Shown piece by piece: positions 1 to 9,929 of a DNA stretch of 64,000 nucleotides (position 1 is its first letter; each line of letters opens with the position of its first letter). The notes below the pieces were generated by a model that searched no databases, was not told where the DNA came from, and saw only the letters and a program-made list of their open reading frames with translations. This DNA is from a virus. The stretch is taken from the IMG/VR virus record IMGVR_UViG_3300012036_000005, positions 36,553 through 100,552 of that record, one strand, 5' to 3'. The position numbers were made by a program, and so were the translations under genes.

Positions 1-192
1 AGATTAAAAGCATTAGGATACGAAGCAATATTTGATGCACCTGTTAATACAAATCCATTGCCATGGACTCAACATTGGTTAAGTTCAAGTGGATTACAAG
101 TGGCTCCACAAGAAACAGAAGTCGAATCTTATATTATCGGCGGCATTAAACAAGACGTTAGCGGAGATACTTGGAAAGGATTTGAACTATGA
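1..192 (+). CDS. nrdB: Ribonucleotide reductase class Ia beta subunit, 3' end (partial)
   Basis: Frame 1 reads ...NPLPWTQHWLSSSGLQVAPQETEVESYIIGGIKQDV...FEL*, the typical NrdB C-terminus; glutaredoxin nearby. Confidence 0.9.
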   Translation, partial: RLKALGYEAIFDAPVNTNPLPWTQHWLSSSGLQVAPQETEVESYIIGGIKQDVSGDTWKGFEL

Positions 193-587
193 TTGGTAAC
201 TGGAATAAGATAAAAAATACTTTAGTAGTGGATTTAGAACAAGATAGAAGAAAACCATTTTTAGAAGTATTAGATCTTTATATGGAAAAGGTAAAACTAC
301 AAACTAATAATGAGTATGATTTGAATTTGCTTCATAAGATTTTCATTCCAGTAATGCGAGTTGCATACGGGAAGATAGATGATGTAATGGATCCTGAAGA
401 ATTTTTTAAATTAACACTTGAAACGATTAAAATAGAAAAAGTACCAACACCTACATTAGGTGACCATAAATTTGAAATTTTTGAGGAAGATGATCTTCCT
501 CAACCTAAACCTGATGAAAATTTAATATCCAAACAATTAGGTGAGATAGCAAATACCATTATTTTTAGAGCTAACAGGAGATCTTAA
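189..587 (+). CDS. Hypothetical protein
   Basis: 132 aa ORF coupled to nrdB stop. Confidence 0.6.
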   Translation: MIGNWNKIKNTLVVDLEQDRRKPFLEVLDLYMEKVKLQTNNEYDLNLLHKIFIPVMRVAYGKIDDVMDPEEFFKLTLETIKIEKVPTPTLGDHKFEIFEEDDLPQPKPDENLISKQLGEIANTIIFRANRRS

Positions 588-832
588 TGGATACTATTAT
601 ATGGACAAAGAAACATTGTCCTTTTTGTGTAAGAGCAAAAGAATTATTCGATAGTAAAAAAATTGAATATGAAGAACGTGTAATTGGTGAGCAATGGACG
701 CGTGATCAGCTATTAGAAGCGGCACCAGAAGCTAAAACTGTGCCTCAGATATGGCTTAGAGGAAAATACATAGGTGGATATGATGATCTACAACAGTATT
801 ATGAAGACCACAATATGTGGGGAGAAAATTAA
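587..832 (+). CDS. Glutaredoxin
   Basis: CPFC active site, TVPQIW and IGGYDDL motifs. Confidence 0.95.
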   Translation: MDTIIWTKKHCPFCVRAKELFDSKKIEYEERVIGEQWTRDQLLEAAPEAKTVPQIWLRGKYIGGYDDLQQYYEDHNMWGEN

Positions 833-1120
833 TTGATAATTGAAAAGAAATTTGCAACAAACGACACTGTTTCTATAAAGCTTTCGTCTGGGGAAGAAAT
901 CGTTGGACGATTTGTGTCTATGTCAGATTCAGAAGTTATAATAAGCAAACCAATGAGTTTACTTGCTACACAAAACGGAATGGGGCTTTCCCCATTTATG
1001 TTTACAGTTTCGATGGATAATAAATTTCCATTTAATCGAAATTTAATTTCAGTAATGATTCCAACGGAATCTAATATGGCTAGTCAATATATTGAACAAA
1101 CATCTGGATTAAAGTTCTAA
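833..1120 (+). CDS. Sm/LSm-fold-like conserved phage protein
   Basis: VSIKLSSGEEIVGR beta-strand motif; TTG start. Confidence 0.55.
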   Translation: MIIEKKFATNDTVSIKLSSGEEIVGRFVSMSDSEVIISKPMSLLATQNGMGLSPFMFTVSMDNKFPFNRNLISVMIPTESNMASQYIEQTSGLKF

Positions 1121-1831
1121 ATGGCCGATCCGATAGAGTTACCAAGTTTTGTATCTGAGGGGATAGCTTCTCTCGAAACAGGTACAGAATCTTTGTGCAA
1201 AGCAACTTCTAATTTTTGTCAATTTGGTAGCACTCTAAATTCTTTATTACCTGATCTACCAGACTTTAGTCAAATAACAGCAGCAATAGAAGAAGCTATG
1301 GGAGCCGCATCTACAGCAATTGGTACCATTACAAAAGCCATAAATGATGCCCTTGCACCGGTTTATGAAATAATTGATCAAATTAATACTGCAATAGAAA
1401 ATGCAATTGGAGCAGTGGCTGATGCACTTTCTGCAGCCGGTAGTGCAATAATGGATACTCTTGGTTCTGCATTTGAAACTTTCAATGCCGCAATAGCAAG
1501 TCTTACTGGAGCAGTTCAAGGGGTAATTGATTTAGCTGTAGGTGAGCTTTCAAATCTAGTTTCTAATATAAAAATATCAACTTGTGAAGAAGCTGCTTCG
1601 TCAGTTGCTAGTATCCCAGAAGGTGCAAGTGGATTTATTGACGAGATTTCTAATGGGATAGCAGGCGGAATTGATTCCTTTAGTTCTAATTTTGGGCCCG
1701 GAGTTGAATCAGCACTGTTAGGTAGCAGTACATCAATTAATAATGCTACTTCAACCGCTTCTTCGGCATCTGAAACAGTTATCGTAGAGATTGCCGATCA
1801 ATTGTCAGCTTTGGGATCATTAATAATATGA
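1121..1831 (+). CDS. Ala/Ser-rich helical protein, possibly baseplate/spike associated
   Basis: Low-complexity amphipathic helices; coupled to PAAR gene. Confidence 0.45.
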   Translation: MADPIELPSFVSEGIASLETGTESLCKATSNFCQFGSTLNSLLPDLPDFSQITAAIEEAMGAASTAIGTITKAINDALAPVYEIIDQINTAIENAIGAVADALSAAGSAIMDTLGSAFETFNAAIASLTGAVQGVIDLAVGELSNLVSNIKISTCEEAASSVASIPEGASGFIDEISNGIAGGIDSFSSNFGPGVESALLGSSTSINNATSTASSASETVIVEIADQLSALGSLII

Positions 1832-2136
1832 GTTTTAGACCCACAGCAAGGCTAGGAGATAGAACACATGGAGTCTGTTATGCACATGATAGTCCCTTAA
1901 CAGTTGGTGGTACTATCATAACAGCTTCCCCTAATGTTTTTACAAACAACAGAGGTACTGCTCGAATTGGAGATATTGTTTTAGCTGACTGCGGTCATCA
2001 AAGTTCAATAATAACAGGATCGCCTACAGTTTTAGCAAATAATAGACTTGTTGCTCGAATTGGAGACAAGACTGATGGATCACCATATGACGCAGAAATT
2101 ATAACTGCATCACCCGATACATTTAAAGAACCATAA
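1828..2136 (+). CDS. PAAR-repeat spike tip protein
   Basis: Three PTARLGD/TARIGD/VARIGD repeats with Cys/His metal ligands. Confidence 0.9.
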   Translation: MSFRPTARLGDRTHGVCYAHDSPLTVGGTIITASPNVFTNNRGTARIGDIVLADCGHQSSIITGSPTVLANNRLVARIGDKTDGSPYDAEIITASPDTFKEP

Positions 2137-2144
2137 GAGGAAAA

Positions 2145-2717
2145 ATGCAAAATTTTCAACGAATACTAACTGACGTAGACGGTGTTTTATTAGAGTGGGA
2201 ATCTGCTTTCCACGCATGGATGAAAGAAAAAGGATATAATCAGTTAGAAGACCCGGAAGTTTCTTATCATCTAGACAGCTATTACAATTTAGATTCTTTG
2301 CGCGTAAAGGAATTGATATCACAATTTAATGAAAGTGCATGGATTGGTTATTTAAAACCATTGAGAGATAGTGTCAATGTTGTTCAAGAAATATACATTG
2401 AACATCATCATTTTGAAGCTATAACTTCTTTATCACTTGATCATTGGGCAGGTGAGCTAAGAAGAAGAAATCTTGAAAGATGGTTTGGACCTGCCGTAAG
2501 AAGATGTCGGTGTATTGGAACCGGGGCCGACAAAGATGACATCTTAAAAGAATATGAACCAAGCTGGTGGATTGAAGATAAACCAGAAAATTGTGATGCA
2601 GGGCTAAAAGCTGGACATCGCCCAATATTAATGGATCACGAACATAACCGTTGGTACAGCAACCCCAATGTTATAAGAGTTAAAAATTGGAAAGAAATAA
2701 AGGAAATCGTTTTATGA
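2145..2717 (+). CDS. HAD-superfamily 5'(3')-deoxyribonucleotidase-like protein
   Basis: DVDGVL motif I, WIEDK motif IV, HNR...RVKNWKEI C-terminus. Confidence 0.8.
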   Translation: MQNFQRILTDVDGVLLEWESAFHAWMKEKGYNQLEDPEVSYHLDSYYNLDSLRVKELISQFNESAWIGYLKPLRDSVNVVQEIYIEHHHFEAITSLSLDHWAGELRRRNLERWFGPAVRRCRCIGTGADKDDILKEYEPSWWIEDKPENCDAGLKAGHRPILMDHEHNRWYSNPNVIRVKNWKEIKEIVL

Positions 2718-2890
2718 CTACACATGAAGAAATAGTACAAGCATTCAATAATTATTTGTTTGAAGTTCAATCATTTGAAGATAAGAATGTAAAGGCAGCA
2801 GCAGCTAGAGCAAGAAAAGCACTTGGTGATCTTGGTAAGTTGTCTAAGAATAGAAGAGCAGAAATCCAAGAACGAAAGAATGGTATGTAA
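2714..2890 (+). CDS. Histone H1-like (Hc1-family) small basic protein
   Basis: KNVKAAAARARKALGDLGKL...RAEIQ pattern. Confidence 0.7.
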   Translation: MTTHEEIVQAFNNYLFEVQSFEDKNVKAAAARARKALGDLGKLSKNRRAEIQERKNGM

Positions 2891-3192
2891 TGACAACAAA
2901 TGTCGGTTTTGAAGTAGAAGATATGCATCTTTATTCGAAGAATTGATAAAAAATCAAATTATTAGTTTTTCAAAAAATAAAATGTCTTCACCTAATGTTT
3001 ATAAAACTAATTTTTCATTAACTGGTGTTTTTATTTCTGAAGTCAGTTATCATGACAACGGAGATATAAAGAGTGTAAAACTCAGAGTTGATCAGGTTAC
3101 TTAAAGATCAAACTAAATAATAGTAGGGAACGCGGTTGTTCCCTACTACAAAAAGTCCACAAGGATGTGGCAGAACATAAAGGAGCCAAACA

Positions 3193-3948
3193 ATGGCTAA
3201 ATTACCAAATCCCTTTCCGAGAATCTCGACCACTACGGTCACTACAACTAAAACAAAGAACGAAAAGATCACAAATGGTGTTTCTGCAGGTTATAACGGA
3301 ACACTTATCGCTTTCGTCTTAGACGAATCCGGGTCTATGAACAACGCATGGGATTCTACTATAGAAGGATTCAATGGCTTTGTCTCAGGACAAAAGAAGA
3401 CTGAAGGCGAGGCTAAGCTAATGGTGAATAAGTTTGAAGGTGGTAACATCGTTGACTTGTGGGGAATGAAGGATATCAATTCTGCTCCTCCGTTGAGTGT
3501 TGATAATTATCGTCCATCTGGCGGAACTAATCTTAATGATGCTATAGGCCAGACGATAGAAGAGATTGACGCGCATCTTAAGACAATGAAAAAGAAAGAG
3601 CGTCCAGCTGTGATGATAGTTATCATGACAGATGGTTATGAGAACCAGAGTCGCAATTACAAAACAGAAGAGATAAAAGAGTTGATCAAGCTGCGCGAAA
3701 AGAAAGACTGGGGGTTCACTTTCATTGGTGCTGATGTTGATGCGTTTGCAGCAAGTTCAAACTATGGTATGAACGCAAACAACACCATGCAATACAGCAA
3801 GAGATCAACCTCTGAAGCTTTTGCAAGCATGAGTGCATCAACTACCCGTTTCCGTTTAGCAAAGTCAATAGGTATGGATACTCAAGGATATTATGCATCT
3901 GGTGTTTTTACAGACGAAGAACGTAACAAAAGTAATGGCGGTGAATAA
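3193..3948 (+). CDS. von Willebrand factor A (VWA) domain protein
   Basis: MIDAS DESGSM, GGTNLNDAIG, MTDGYEN. Confidence 0.9.
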   Translation: MAKLPNPFPRISTTTVTTTKTKNEKITNGVSAGYNGTLIAFVLDESGSMNNAWDSTIEGFNGFVSGQKKTEGEAKLMVNKFEGGNIVDLWGMKDINSAPPLSVDNYRPSGGTNLNDAIGQTIEEIDAHLKTMKKKERPAVMIVIMTDGYENQSRNYKTEEIKELIKLREKKDWGFTFIGADVDAFAASSNYGMNANNTMQYSKRSTSEAFASMSASTTRFRLAKSIGMDTQGYYASGVFTDEERNKSNGGE

Positions 3949-4652
3949 TGTTTGATTACACTCATCAATATAGTGCTCGGATAGTTATAAATGATAAAAC
4001 TGAAGCAGATGAATATTATCATACAGACGGTAATACTTATGTCGAAGCCCGAAAAAACTCGGAATATTCGTTAGAACTAGCCAATAACTCAACTGAAGTA
4101 GTATTAATGGTTCCTGCTATTGATGGTCTTTCGGTTATTGACGGTCAACCTGCTGGATTAAGTTCTCCAGGATATATTGTTAAACCTAATTCAAGTATGC
4201 AAATAACAGGTTGGCTTAAAAATAATAAAGAAGTTGCTCGTTTTGTATTTTGGGATAAGGATAAATCTTATTCAAACATGACTGGAAGAGGAACAGAAAA
4301 TACTGGTGTAATTGGTATTTTAATATTTCGTGAGAAACCATTAGATATTACCTTTCCTAAATACGTTGGATGGACTGCTTCTGCTTCTGCTTCTGCTAAT
4401 ACGCAGTTAAGAGCTTCGTCGGTATCAAATTCTGTTAATGATACAGGTACAGGACACGGAAGACTTGAGGAGTTTCATACAAATCAAACTTTCTTTGAAA
4501 AACGTGATCCAAATCATCCGGATTCTCAAATTGTATTGTATTATGATACAAGCAAAGGATTGGAAAGACGCGGAATAACTTTGAGATATAAGAGCACATA
4601 TGCTCCGGATCCTTTTCCATCTTCTCCTGGTTATATCAAAAAAAGTCGTTGA
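3948..4652 (+). CDS. Conserved hypothetical protein coupled to VWA gene
   Basis: IDGLSVIDG...GYIV...ITGW...FVF...NTGVIG motifs; overlaps VWA stop. Confidence 0.6.
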   Translation: MFDYTHQYSARIVINDKTEADEYYHTDGNTYVEARKNSEYSLELANNSTEVVLMVPAIDGLSVIDGQPAGLSSPGYIVKPNSSMQITGWLKNNKEVARFVFWDKDKSYSNMTGRGTENTGVIGILIFREKPLDITFPKYVGWTASASASANTQLRASSVSNSVNDTGTGHGRLEEFHTNQTFFEKRDPNHPDSQIVLYYDTSKGLERRGITLRYKSTYAPDPFPSSPGYIKKSR

Positions 4653-4714
4653 CAACTATCATATTTTTGTATAGTATATAAAAATATACAACAACACGTA
4701 CAAAGGATATACAA

Positions 4715-4987
4715 ATGGCAAAAGGCAAAGGTTCAAAAGGCACAACTTATGTGTCTAAAGGTGAAATTGGGTACGACCGGCGCGCCTCTAAGGAATTGCG
4801 TCGAGAATTTGTAGCAAGTGGTGATCGTGCTATCGCACAGCGAGAAGCATGGAAGAAGGGAAAGCGAGTAATGTTGCTGGTTCCTAATTCTGACGGTGCA
4901 AATACCCGTGAGCGCTTTGTCCGAGTAGAAGCCCAAACTATTTGGGGTGATCCACGCGGCCGTCGAGGAGATAAGAAGGCAGCTTAA
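4715..4987 (+). CDS. Small basic hypothetical protein
   Basis: Own TTGACA/TAGTAT promoter, AAGGA RBS, downstream hairpin. Confidence 0.65.
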   Translation: MAKGKGSKGTTYVSKGEIGYDRRASKELRREFVASGDRAIAQREAWKKGKRVMLLVPNSDGANTRERFVRVEAQTIWGDPRGRRGDKKAA

Positions 4988-5129
4988 CCTATTTGATAGG
5001 GCAGAGAATATCTCTGCCCTATCTTTCTCTCTATAAGAAATCCAAAAAATAATTTAAAAGTATTTACAAATCCTCTTAACTTGTGTATAATTTAAACAGT
5101 TAAAACACACACACAACAAAGAGGTTAAC

Positions 5130-5666
5130 ATGAAAAAGATTCTGTTTGCGGCAACTTTCTTGTTGTCTTTTTCGTCTGTTAGTAATGCTTCAACACTTGG
5201 AAATCCTACTGGCTATGGTAAACCTCCTCCAGGACGTGACGAGAGTCAAATTGAATGCCTTGCGTTTAATATCTATCACGAAGCACGTGGAGAAAACCTT
5301 GCTGGAAAATTTGCGGTAGCAGACGTAACACTCAACCGAACACGAGACAAAAGATTTCCGGATACTATTTGTGATGTAGTTAAGCAAGGTAGTTTAAAAT
5401 ATCGAAAAGCTGACCACTCACCTAAAATCAACGTGTGTCAATTTAGTTGGTGGTGTGATGGTAAAAGTGACGAACCGTTAGACGAAGAACTTTGGGCAAT
5501 TTCACTTGATATTGCTTATAAGATTGGATGGGGCCAAAGTTTCCGCGGTATTACAGAAGGTGCTACTCATTATCATGCAACTTATGTAGATCCGGCATGG
5601 TCTAAGGATTTCTATATCGTTGGACGAATTGGTAATCATATTTTCTATCGTTGGGATCTTGATTAA
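5130..5666 (+). CDS. Cell wall hydrolase, SleB/Hydrolase_2 family
   Basis: Signal peptide; CLAFNIYHEARGE, FPDTICDVV, CQFSW, GATHYHA, IGNHIFY. Confidence 0.93.
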   Translation: MKKILFAATFLLSFSSVSNASTLGNPTGYGKPPPGRDESQIECLAFNIYHEARGENLAGKFAVADVTLNRTRDKRFPDTICDVVKQGSLKYRKADHSPKINVCQFSWWCDGKSDEPLDEELWAISLDIAYKIGWGQSFRGITEGATHYHATYVDPAWSKDFYIVGRIGNHIFYRWDLD

Positions 5667-5683
5667 ATCCAACTAAATACTGT

Positions 5684-7162
5684 ATGGGATTAGCAATACT
5701 CGTACTTATAACAGCATTGGCAATCAGTTCTGTTGCTATTTACTATTCAGTAGCAGGATTGGTTGCTATTTTTGCGGCGGCATCTATACCTATTGTAATA
5801 ATGGGCGGAACACTTGAGATAGCTAAATTGATTACAGCAGTTTGGCTACACAAATATTGGAATAGAACAACTTGGTGGTTAAAGGGATATCTCTCTATTG
5901 CTATTGTTGTACTCATGCTCATTACTAGCATGGGTATCTTTGGGTTTTTATCCAAAGCCCACATAGAACAAACTTCAGCAAGTTTTGAGAGTGAAGCACA
6001 AATAGAAAGATTGAATTCTGAGATCACGCGCCAACAAAATATAATAGAGAGATCAGATCAACGCATTAAACAAGTTGAATCTTCAGGATCAGGCGGTGAC
6101 GCAAATCTACAACAACAAATTGATAAAGAACAACAACGTATAGATTCGGCATATAATCGAGTACAACAAGCAGAACTGAATATAGCAACTCGGTTAGAAC
6201 CGTTTAAGACAGAGTTAACAGAAATAAATTCCTCATTACAAGATTTAGATAACGCAGTTACAAATGGTGATATTCGTAGAGCACAAGGAATAGTTGGTGC
6301 ATCACAAGATGGTCAATTAGGTCCAAAAACTTCAACTAATATACAAAACTTTCGAAACGAAAAACAAGAGCGTAGAGAACAACTCTTAAATCAAATTGAA
6401 GAAATAAGAAATTCAAACGAAGGAGTTTCTATAGCTAGACAACAAATAAAAGATGGTAATGAACTTATTAATCGATTAAGATCACAACTTGGAAAAGGCA
6501 CTACACAAGATATTGATACAATAGTAGACGAACAACAAGAACGTATCAAACAAGCTAATATTGAATTAGACATATTAAACGAAGAAAAATTTACAATTGA
6601 ATCAACATACCGAAAATTAGAAGCAGAAGTTGGTCCAATTAAGTACATAGCAGAATTTGTATTTGAAGATACTGCTAAGGCTACTCTTGAAAATGCTGTT
6701 CGTTGGATGATAGTAATTATTATCTTTGTATTTGATCCTTTAGCAGTTCTATTGTTGATAGCTAGCCAATATACTTTTCGTTATTGGAGAGAAGATCATC
6801 CAATAACGGCACAAGTAGTAAAAGAAAATATTTTCAGTATTCTTCCTGGACCTATATCAAATACGTTTGCTATAAGAGATAGAGAAGAAAGTGAAAAGTT
6901 TCAAAAAGAACAAAGAAGGTTGTGGAGAGAAAGGTTAGAAAGAACTGACGCAGTTACATTAACTGAAGAAGAAAAAGATAGAGCTGCTCGATTTGAAGTA
7001 TTAGAACAAGATTTAACTATGAAAGAAGCAAAATCTCGCTGGAAAGACAAAAATCCAGACGAAACACTAAAAGAATATAAGAACGCATATATACGTGGTC
7101 ATATTGACAAATTACCATGGGAAGATTATGTCGAAGATTCTACTGATAACAGCACCGGATAG
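5684..7162 (+). CDS. Membrane-anchored coiled-coil protein
   Basis: N-terminal TM helices, long heptad region, IIIFVFDPLAVLLL TM; short peptidoglycan-binding-like DGQLGPKT. Confidence 0.7.
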   Translation: MGLAILVLITALAISSVAIYYSVAGLVAIFAAASIPIVIMGGTLEIAKLITAVWLHKYWNRTTWWLKGYLSIAIVVLMLITSMGIFGFLSKAHIEQTSASFESEAQIERLNSEITRQQNIIERSDQRIKQVESSGSGGDANLQQQIDKEQQRIDSAYNRVQQAELNIATRLEPFKTELTEINSSLQDLDNAVTNGDIRRAQGIVGASQDGQLGPKTSTNIQNFRNEKQERREQLLNQIEEIRNSNEGVSIARQQIKDGNELINRLRSQLGKGTTQDIDTIVDEQQERIKQANIELDILNEEKFTIESTYRKLEAEVGPIKYIAEFVFEDTAKATLENAVRWMIVIIIFVFDPLAVLLLIASQYTFRYWREDHPITAQVVKENIFSILPGPISNTFAIRDREESEKFQKEQRRLWRERLERTDAVTLTEEEKDRAARFEVLEQDLTMKEAKSRWKDKNPDETLKEYKNAYIRGHIDKLPWEDYVEDSTDNSTG

Positions 7163-7520
7163 AATATACAATTTTGATCCAAGTTTTTTATTGATTAATC
7201 CATCAGAAAAAGCAAAACAAGAATTTCAAAACATATTAGCTAATGACAAACAAGGAGTAAGAATATATCTTTATCAAAACAATGATGATATTGATTGGTT
7301 ACTTAGTGTTTTTAACGAAGTAGACTATGTATATTTAGATTTAGATAATTCCAATAATGAAATTAAAAATTTATCTTCATTTTTTATTGCACATAGTAAG
7401 ACTTACTGGTTGACAAAAGGCGAGTATAGAGAATATAATAAACTTAGCGTGAACAGAACATATGACATGTCCTGGGCATGGGATAAAATAAAAGGAGAAG
7501 GTATCCCTAATGAAGAATAA
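7128..7520 (+). CDS. Hypothetical protein
   Basis: ORF starting MSKILLITAPD between flanking genes. Confidence 0.55.
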   Translation: MSKILLITAPDRIYNFDPSFLLINPSEKAKQEFQNILANDKQGVRIYLYQNNDDIDWLLSVFNEVDYVYLDLDNSNNEIKNLSSFFIAHSKTYWLTKGEYREYNKLSVNRTYDMSWAWDKIKGEGIPNEE

Positions 7521-7743
7521 CCAACCGAGGCCTGTTGTTGGCCTCGCAGTCGAAGTACGCAACGGCGATGTCGGTAAGGCACTCGCAAAGTTTAAGAAGA
7601 AGGTAACTAATGACGGAATCTTGCAAGAGTACAAGGAACGTCAATTTTATACAAAACCTTCTGAAAAGCGCAAGCGTGAAAAAGCAGCCGGTCGATCAAG
7701 ATGGCTGAAAGAACAAGCAAAAGAACGAGCAAAATGGGGATAA
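7510..7743 (+). CDS. rpsU: 30S ribosomal protein bS21
   Basis: ALAKFKKK...GILQEYKERQFYTKPSEKRKR signature. Confidence 0.93.
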   Translation: MKNNQPRPVVGLAVEVRNGDVGKALAKFKKKVTNDGILQEYKERQFYTKPSEKRKREKAAGRSRWLKEQAKERAKWG

Positions 7744-7819
7744 CAGAGATAAATATTTCTTGACAACTATGGCAAAAAATGCTATATTGTTAATGTAGTG
7801 CTTTTTAAAGGCTACAGAG

Positions 7820-7845
7820 ATCTTGCTTATGAAAGGAGAACTAGA
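7820..7845 (+). promoter_or_regulatory. ROSE-like RNA thermometer / SD-sequestering hairpin of hsp20
   Basis: TCTTGCT can pair across AGGAGA Shine-Dalgarno, as in ROSE elements of small heat-shock genes. Confidence 0.45.
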
Positions 7846-8271
7846 ATGAATACAAGATTAGACTTACCATTACTTGCACGAGGATCGATCGGACTTGATC
7901 GACTATTTGGAGAAGCTGAGAAAACTTTTCAAAACTCGTTGTCTAATGGTTTCCCTCCGTATAACATTGTCTTAAAGGACGAGAATACATATGTGGTAAC
8001 CTTAGCAGTTGCAGGATTTTCAAATGAAAATATTGAAATCATGCAAGAGAGAAATAAACTTCGTGTAATGGGTACTGCCCCAGAAATGGGAGATGTTACC
8101 TATTTGCACAAGGGAATCGCAGCGCGTTCTTTCACGCGTGAGTTTGCGTTAGATAACCATGTGCATGTTGAAGATGCAACTCTTGAGAACGGAATGCTTA
8201 CCATAATGTTGGTTCGTGAAGTTCCAGAGGAACTGCAACCTAAAAAGATCGCTATATCAAAGCGTTCTTAA
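7846..8271 (+). CDS. Small heat shock protein Hsp20 (IbpA-like)
   Basis: FPPYNI, LAVAGF, YLHKGIAARSFTREF, LENGML, PEELQPKKIAI. Confidence 0.95.
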   Translation: MNTRLDLPLLARGSIGLDRLFGEAEKTFQNSLSNGFPPYNIVLKDENTYVVTLAVAGFSNENIEIMQERNKLRVMGTAPEMGDVTYLHKGIAARSFTREFALDNHVHVEDATLENGMLTIMLVREVPEELQPKKIAISKRS

Positions 8272-8327
8272 AGTTGAAAACAGAGTGGGGACAGAGTGTC
8301 CCCACTCACTTTATAAGAGAGGTAACA

Positions 8328-8654
8328 ATGTCAGATTCAGAACTTGAAATTACTATTGAAATTGATAATATAGTTGACGAAAGCGTTGATGAAATTGTCA
8401 ATGAACCCGGCCGTTATAAAGTTATCTTTTTAAATGATAACGTTACTCCCATGGAATGGGTAGTAGATTTGCTAACTAGGGTATTTAAACATAAGGTTGA
8501 AAGAGCAGCCGAATTAACTATGGAAATTCATACTGAAGAATCAGCCGTGGTTGGAATATTTAATTATGAAGTAGCAGAACAAAAGGCTTTTGAAACTGTA
8601 AGGCAGAGTCGTGATAACGGATTTCCATTACAGGTCAAGGTCGAAGAAGAATAA
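8328..8654 (+). CDS. clpS: ATP-dependent Clp protease adaptor ClpS
   Basis: YKVIFLNDNVTPMEWVV, MEIH, AEQKA, FPLQV. Confidence 0.93.
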   Translation: MSDSELEITIEIDNIVDESVDEIVNEPGRYKVIFLNDNVTPMEWVVDLLTRVFKHKVERAAELTMEIHTEESAVVGIFNYEVAEQKAFETVRQSRDNGFPLQVKVEEE

Positions 8655-8668
8655 TTATAAGTAGCTTT

Positions 8669-9211
8669 ATGAACAATTTAAAGCAACTTACATATGAACA
8701 TCACCGAAATGCAGAAAGACAAGAGTTTGTAAAAGAACTAATGTCAGGATCAATCGACCCTGACAGATATGCTACATATCTTTTCAATCAACATGCTTGT
8801 TATAACGTATTAGAAAGCATAGCTTATCTTTATGATCTTTTTTCAGAAATACCAGAAGTACCTAGATCAAAATTAATTTGGGAAGATTTTAATGAACTCT
8901 GGGGAGAACGCCCAGAGTCTCCCCAACCTCTACCCACAACTGGCAGGTATTTAGAACATCTCAAGTCTATTATGGATGATCCGGAAAAAATACTTGCCCA
9001 TGTCTATGTTAGACACATGGGTGATTTGTCAGGTGGCCAAATGATTTCTCGAAAGGTTCCTGGACAGGGTAATTTTTATAAATTTAGTGGTGATATAGAG
9101 GATATTAAGACTCGTTTCAGAACTTTACTTCATGATGGAATAGCCGATGAAAGTAAGATATGTTTTGAATTTGCCACTAATTTATTTAAGGATATGTCGG
9201 AGTTAAAATGA
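8669..9211 (+). CDS. Heme oxygenase (biliverdin-producing), HemO/Ho1
   Basis: LKQLTYEHHRNAE proximal His; AHVYVRHMGDLSGGQ distal helix. Confidence 0.93.
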   Translation: MNNLKQLTYEHHRNAERQEFVKELMSGSIDPDRYATYLFNQHACYNVLESIAYLYDLFSEIPEVPRSKLIWEDFNELWGERPESPQPLPTTGRYLEHLKSIMDDPEKILAHVYVRHMGDLSGGQMISRKVPGQGNFYKFSGDIEDIKTRFRTLLHDGIADESKICFEFATNLFKDMSELK

Positions 9212-9900
9212 CCACAGTATGGAATAAATTAGAATTATGCAAGGGTAAAATGATACACACTCTTGACAAATACCTTACAAGATATCATGAATCTAAATTA
9301 GAGAAATTTAATCAACCAGAAAATGGATGGTTAAATCTAACATGGAAGAGTAAAGATGTTAGGCGAGCACACATTGATGTGGTAGATGCTCGTGAAAAAA
9401 GGGGATTGTGGATGATGCACGTTTGCATCTTTCCTGATCTCACAAATGATTCTCCTATATACGGATTTGACGTTATAGCCGGAAAAAATAAGATAACAGG
9501 AGCCTTTCACGATTTCTCGGTATCAAGTGGTGAAGAAGAACATCCTCTTGTAGCTTGGTATAAAGATCAAGTAGAAGACTTTATACCTAGTAAGAAAAGA
9601 GAATTACCCGAATGGGCTACTAATATTTTTACTGAATCGATGATAGCAGCAGGTAATGTTACATCCGAAGAAGAGATTGACAAGATACTGGAGTTAGCTA
9701 ATAATAATTTAATAGTGTATTTAGAAAGCTTGCCCGAGTTTACAGGAAATGGCAATTCTGAAATTACATTAGGTTGTCAAAATTATTATTCTGATAATCA
9801 ACAAAAAAACCCTCATACACCTAAAGTAATGAAAGCATTGGGTCTCGATGATAAAGATGTTGAAACTTTTTGCAAAGACGTACTTTTTCCTATAGTATAA
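9208..9900 (+). CDS. Ferredoxin-dependent bilin reductase, PcyA/PcyX-like
   Basis: RRAHIDV, MMHVCIFP, PIYGFDVI, AFHDFS, RELPEWA-IF, QQKNPHT; coupled to heme oxygenase. Confidence 0.88.
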   Translation: MTTVWNKLELCKGKMIHTLDKYLTRYHESKLEKFNQPENGWLNLTWKSKDVRRAHIDVVDAREKRGLWMMHVCIFPDLTNDSPIYGFDVIAGKNKITGAFHDFSVSSGEEEHPLVAWYKDQVEDFIPSKKRELPEWATNIFTESMIAAGNVTSEEEIDKILELANNNLIVYLESLPEFTGNGNSEITLGCQNYYSDNQQKNPHTPKVMKALGLDDKDVETFCKDVLFPIV

Positions 9901-9929
9901 AACTATAGAGTTGAAAAAAGGAGATACCT

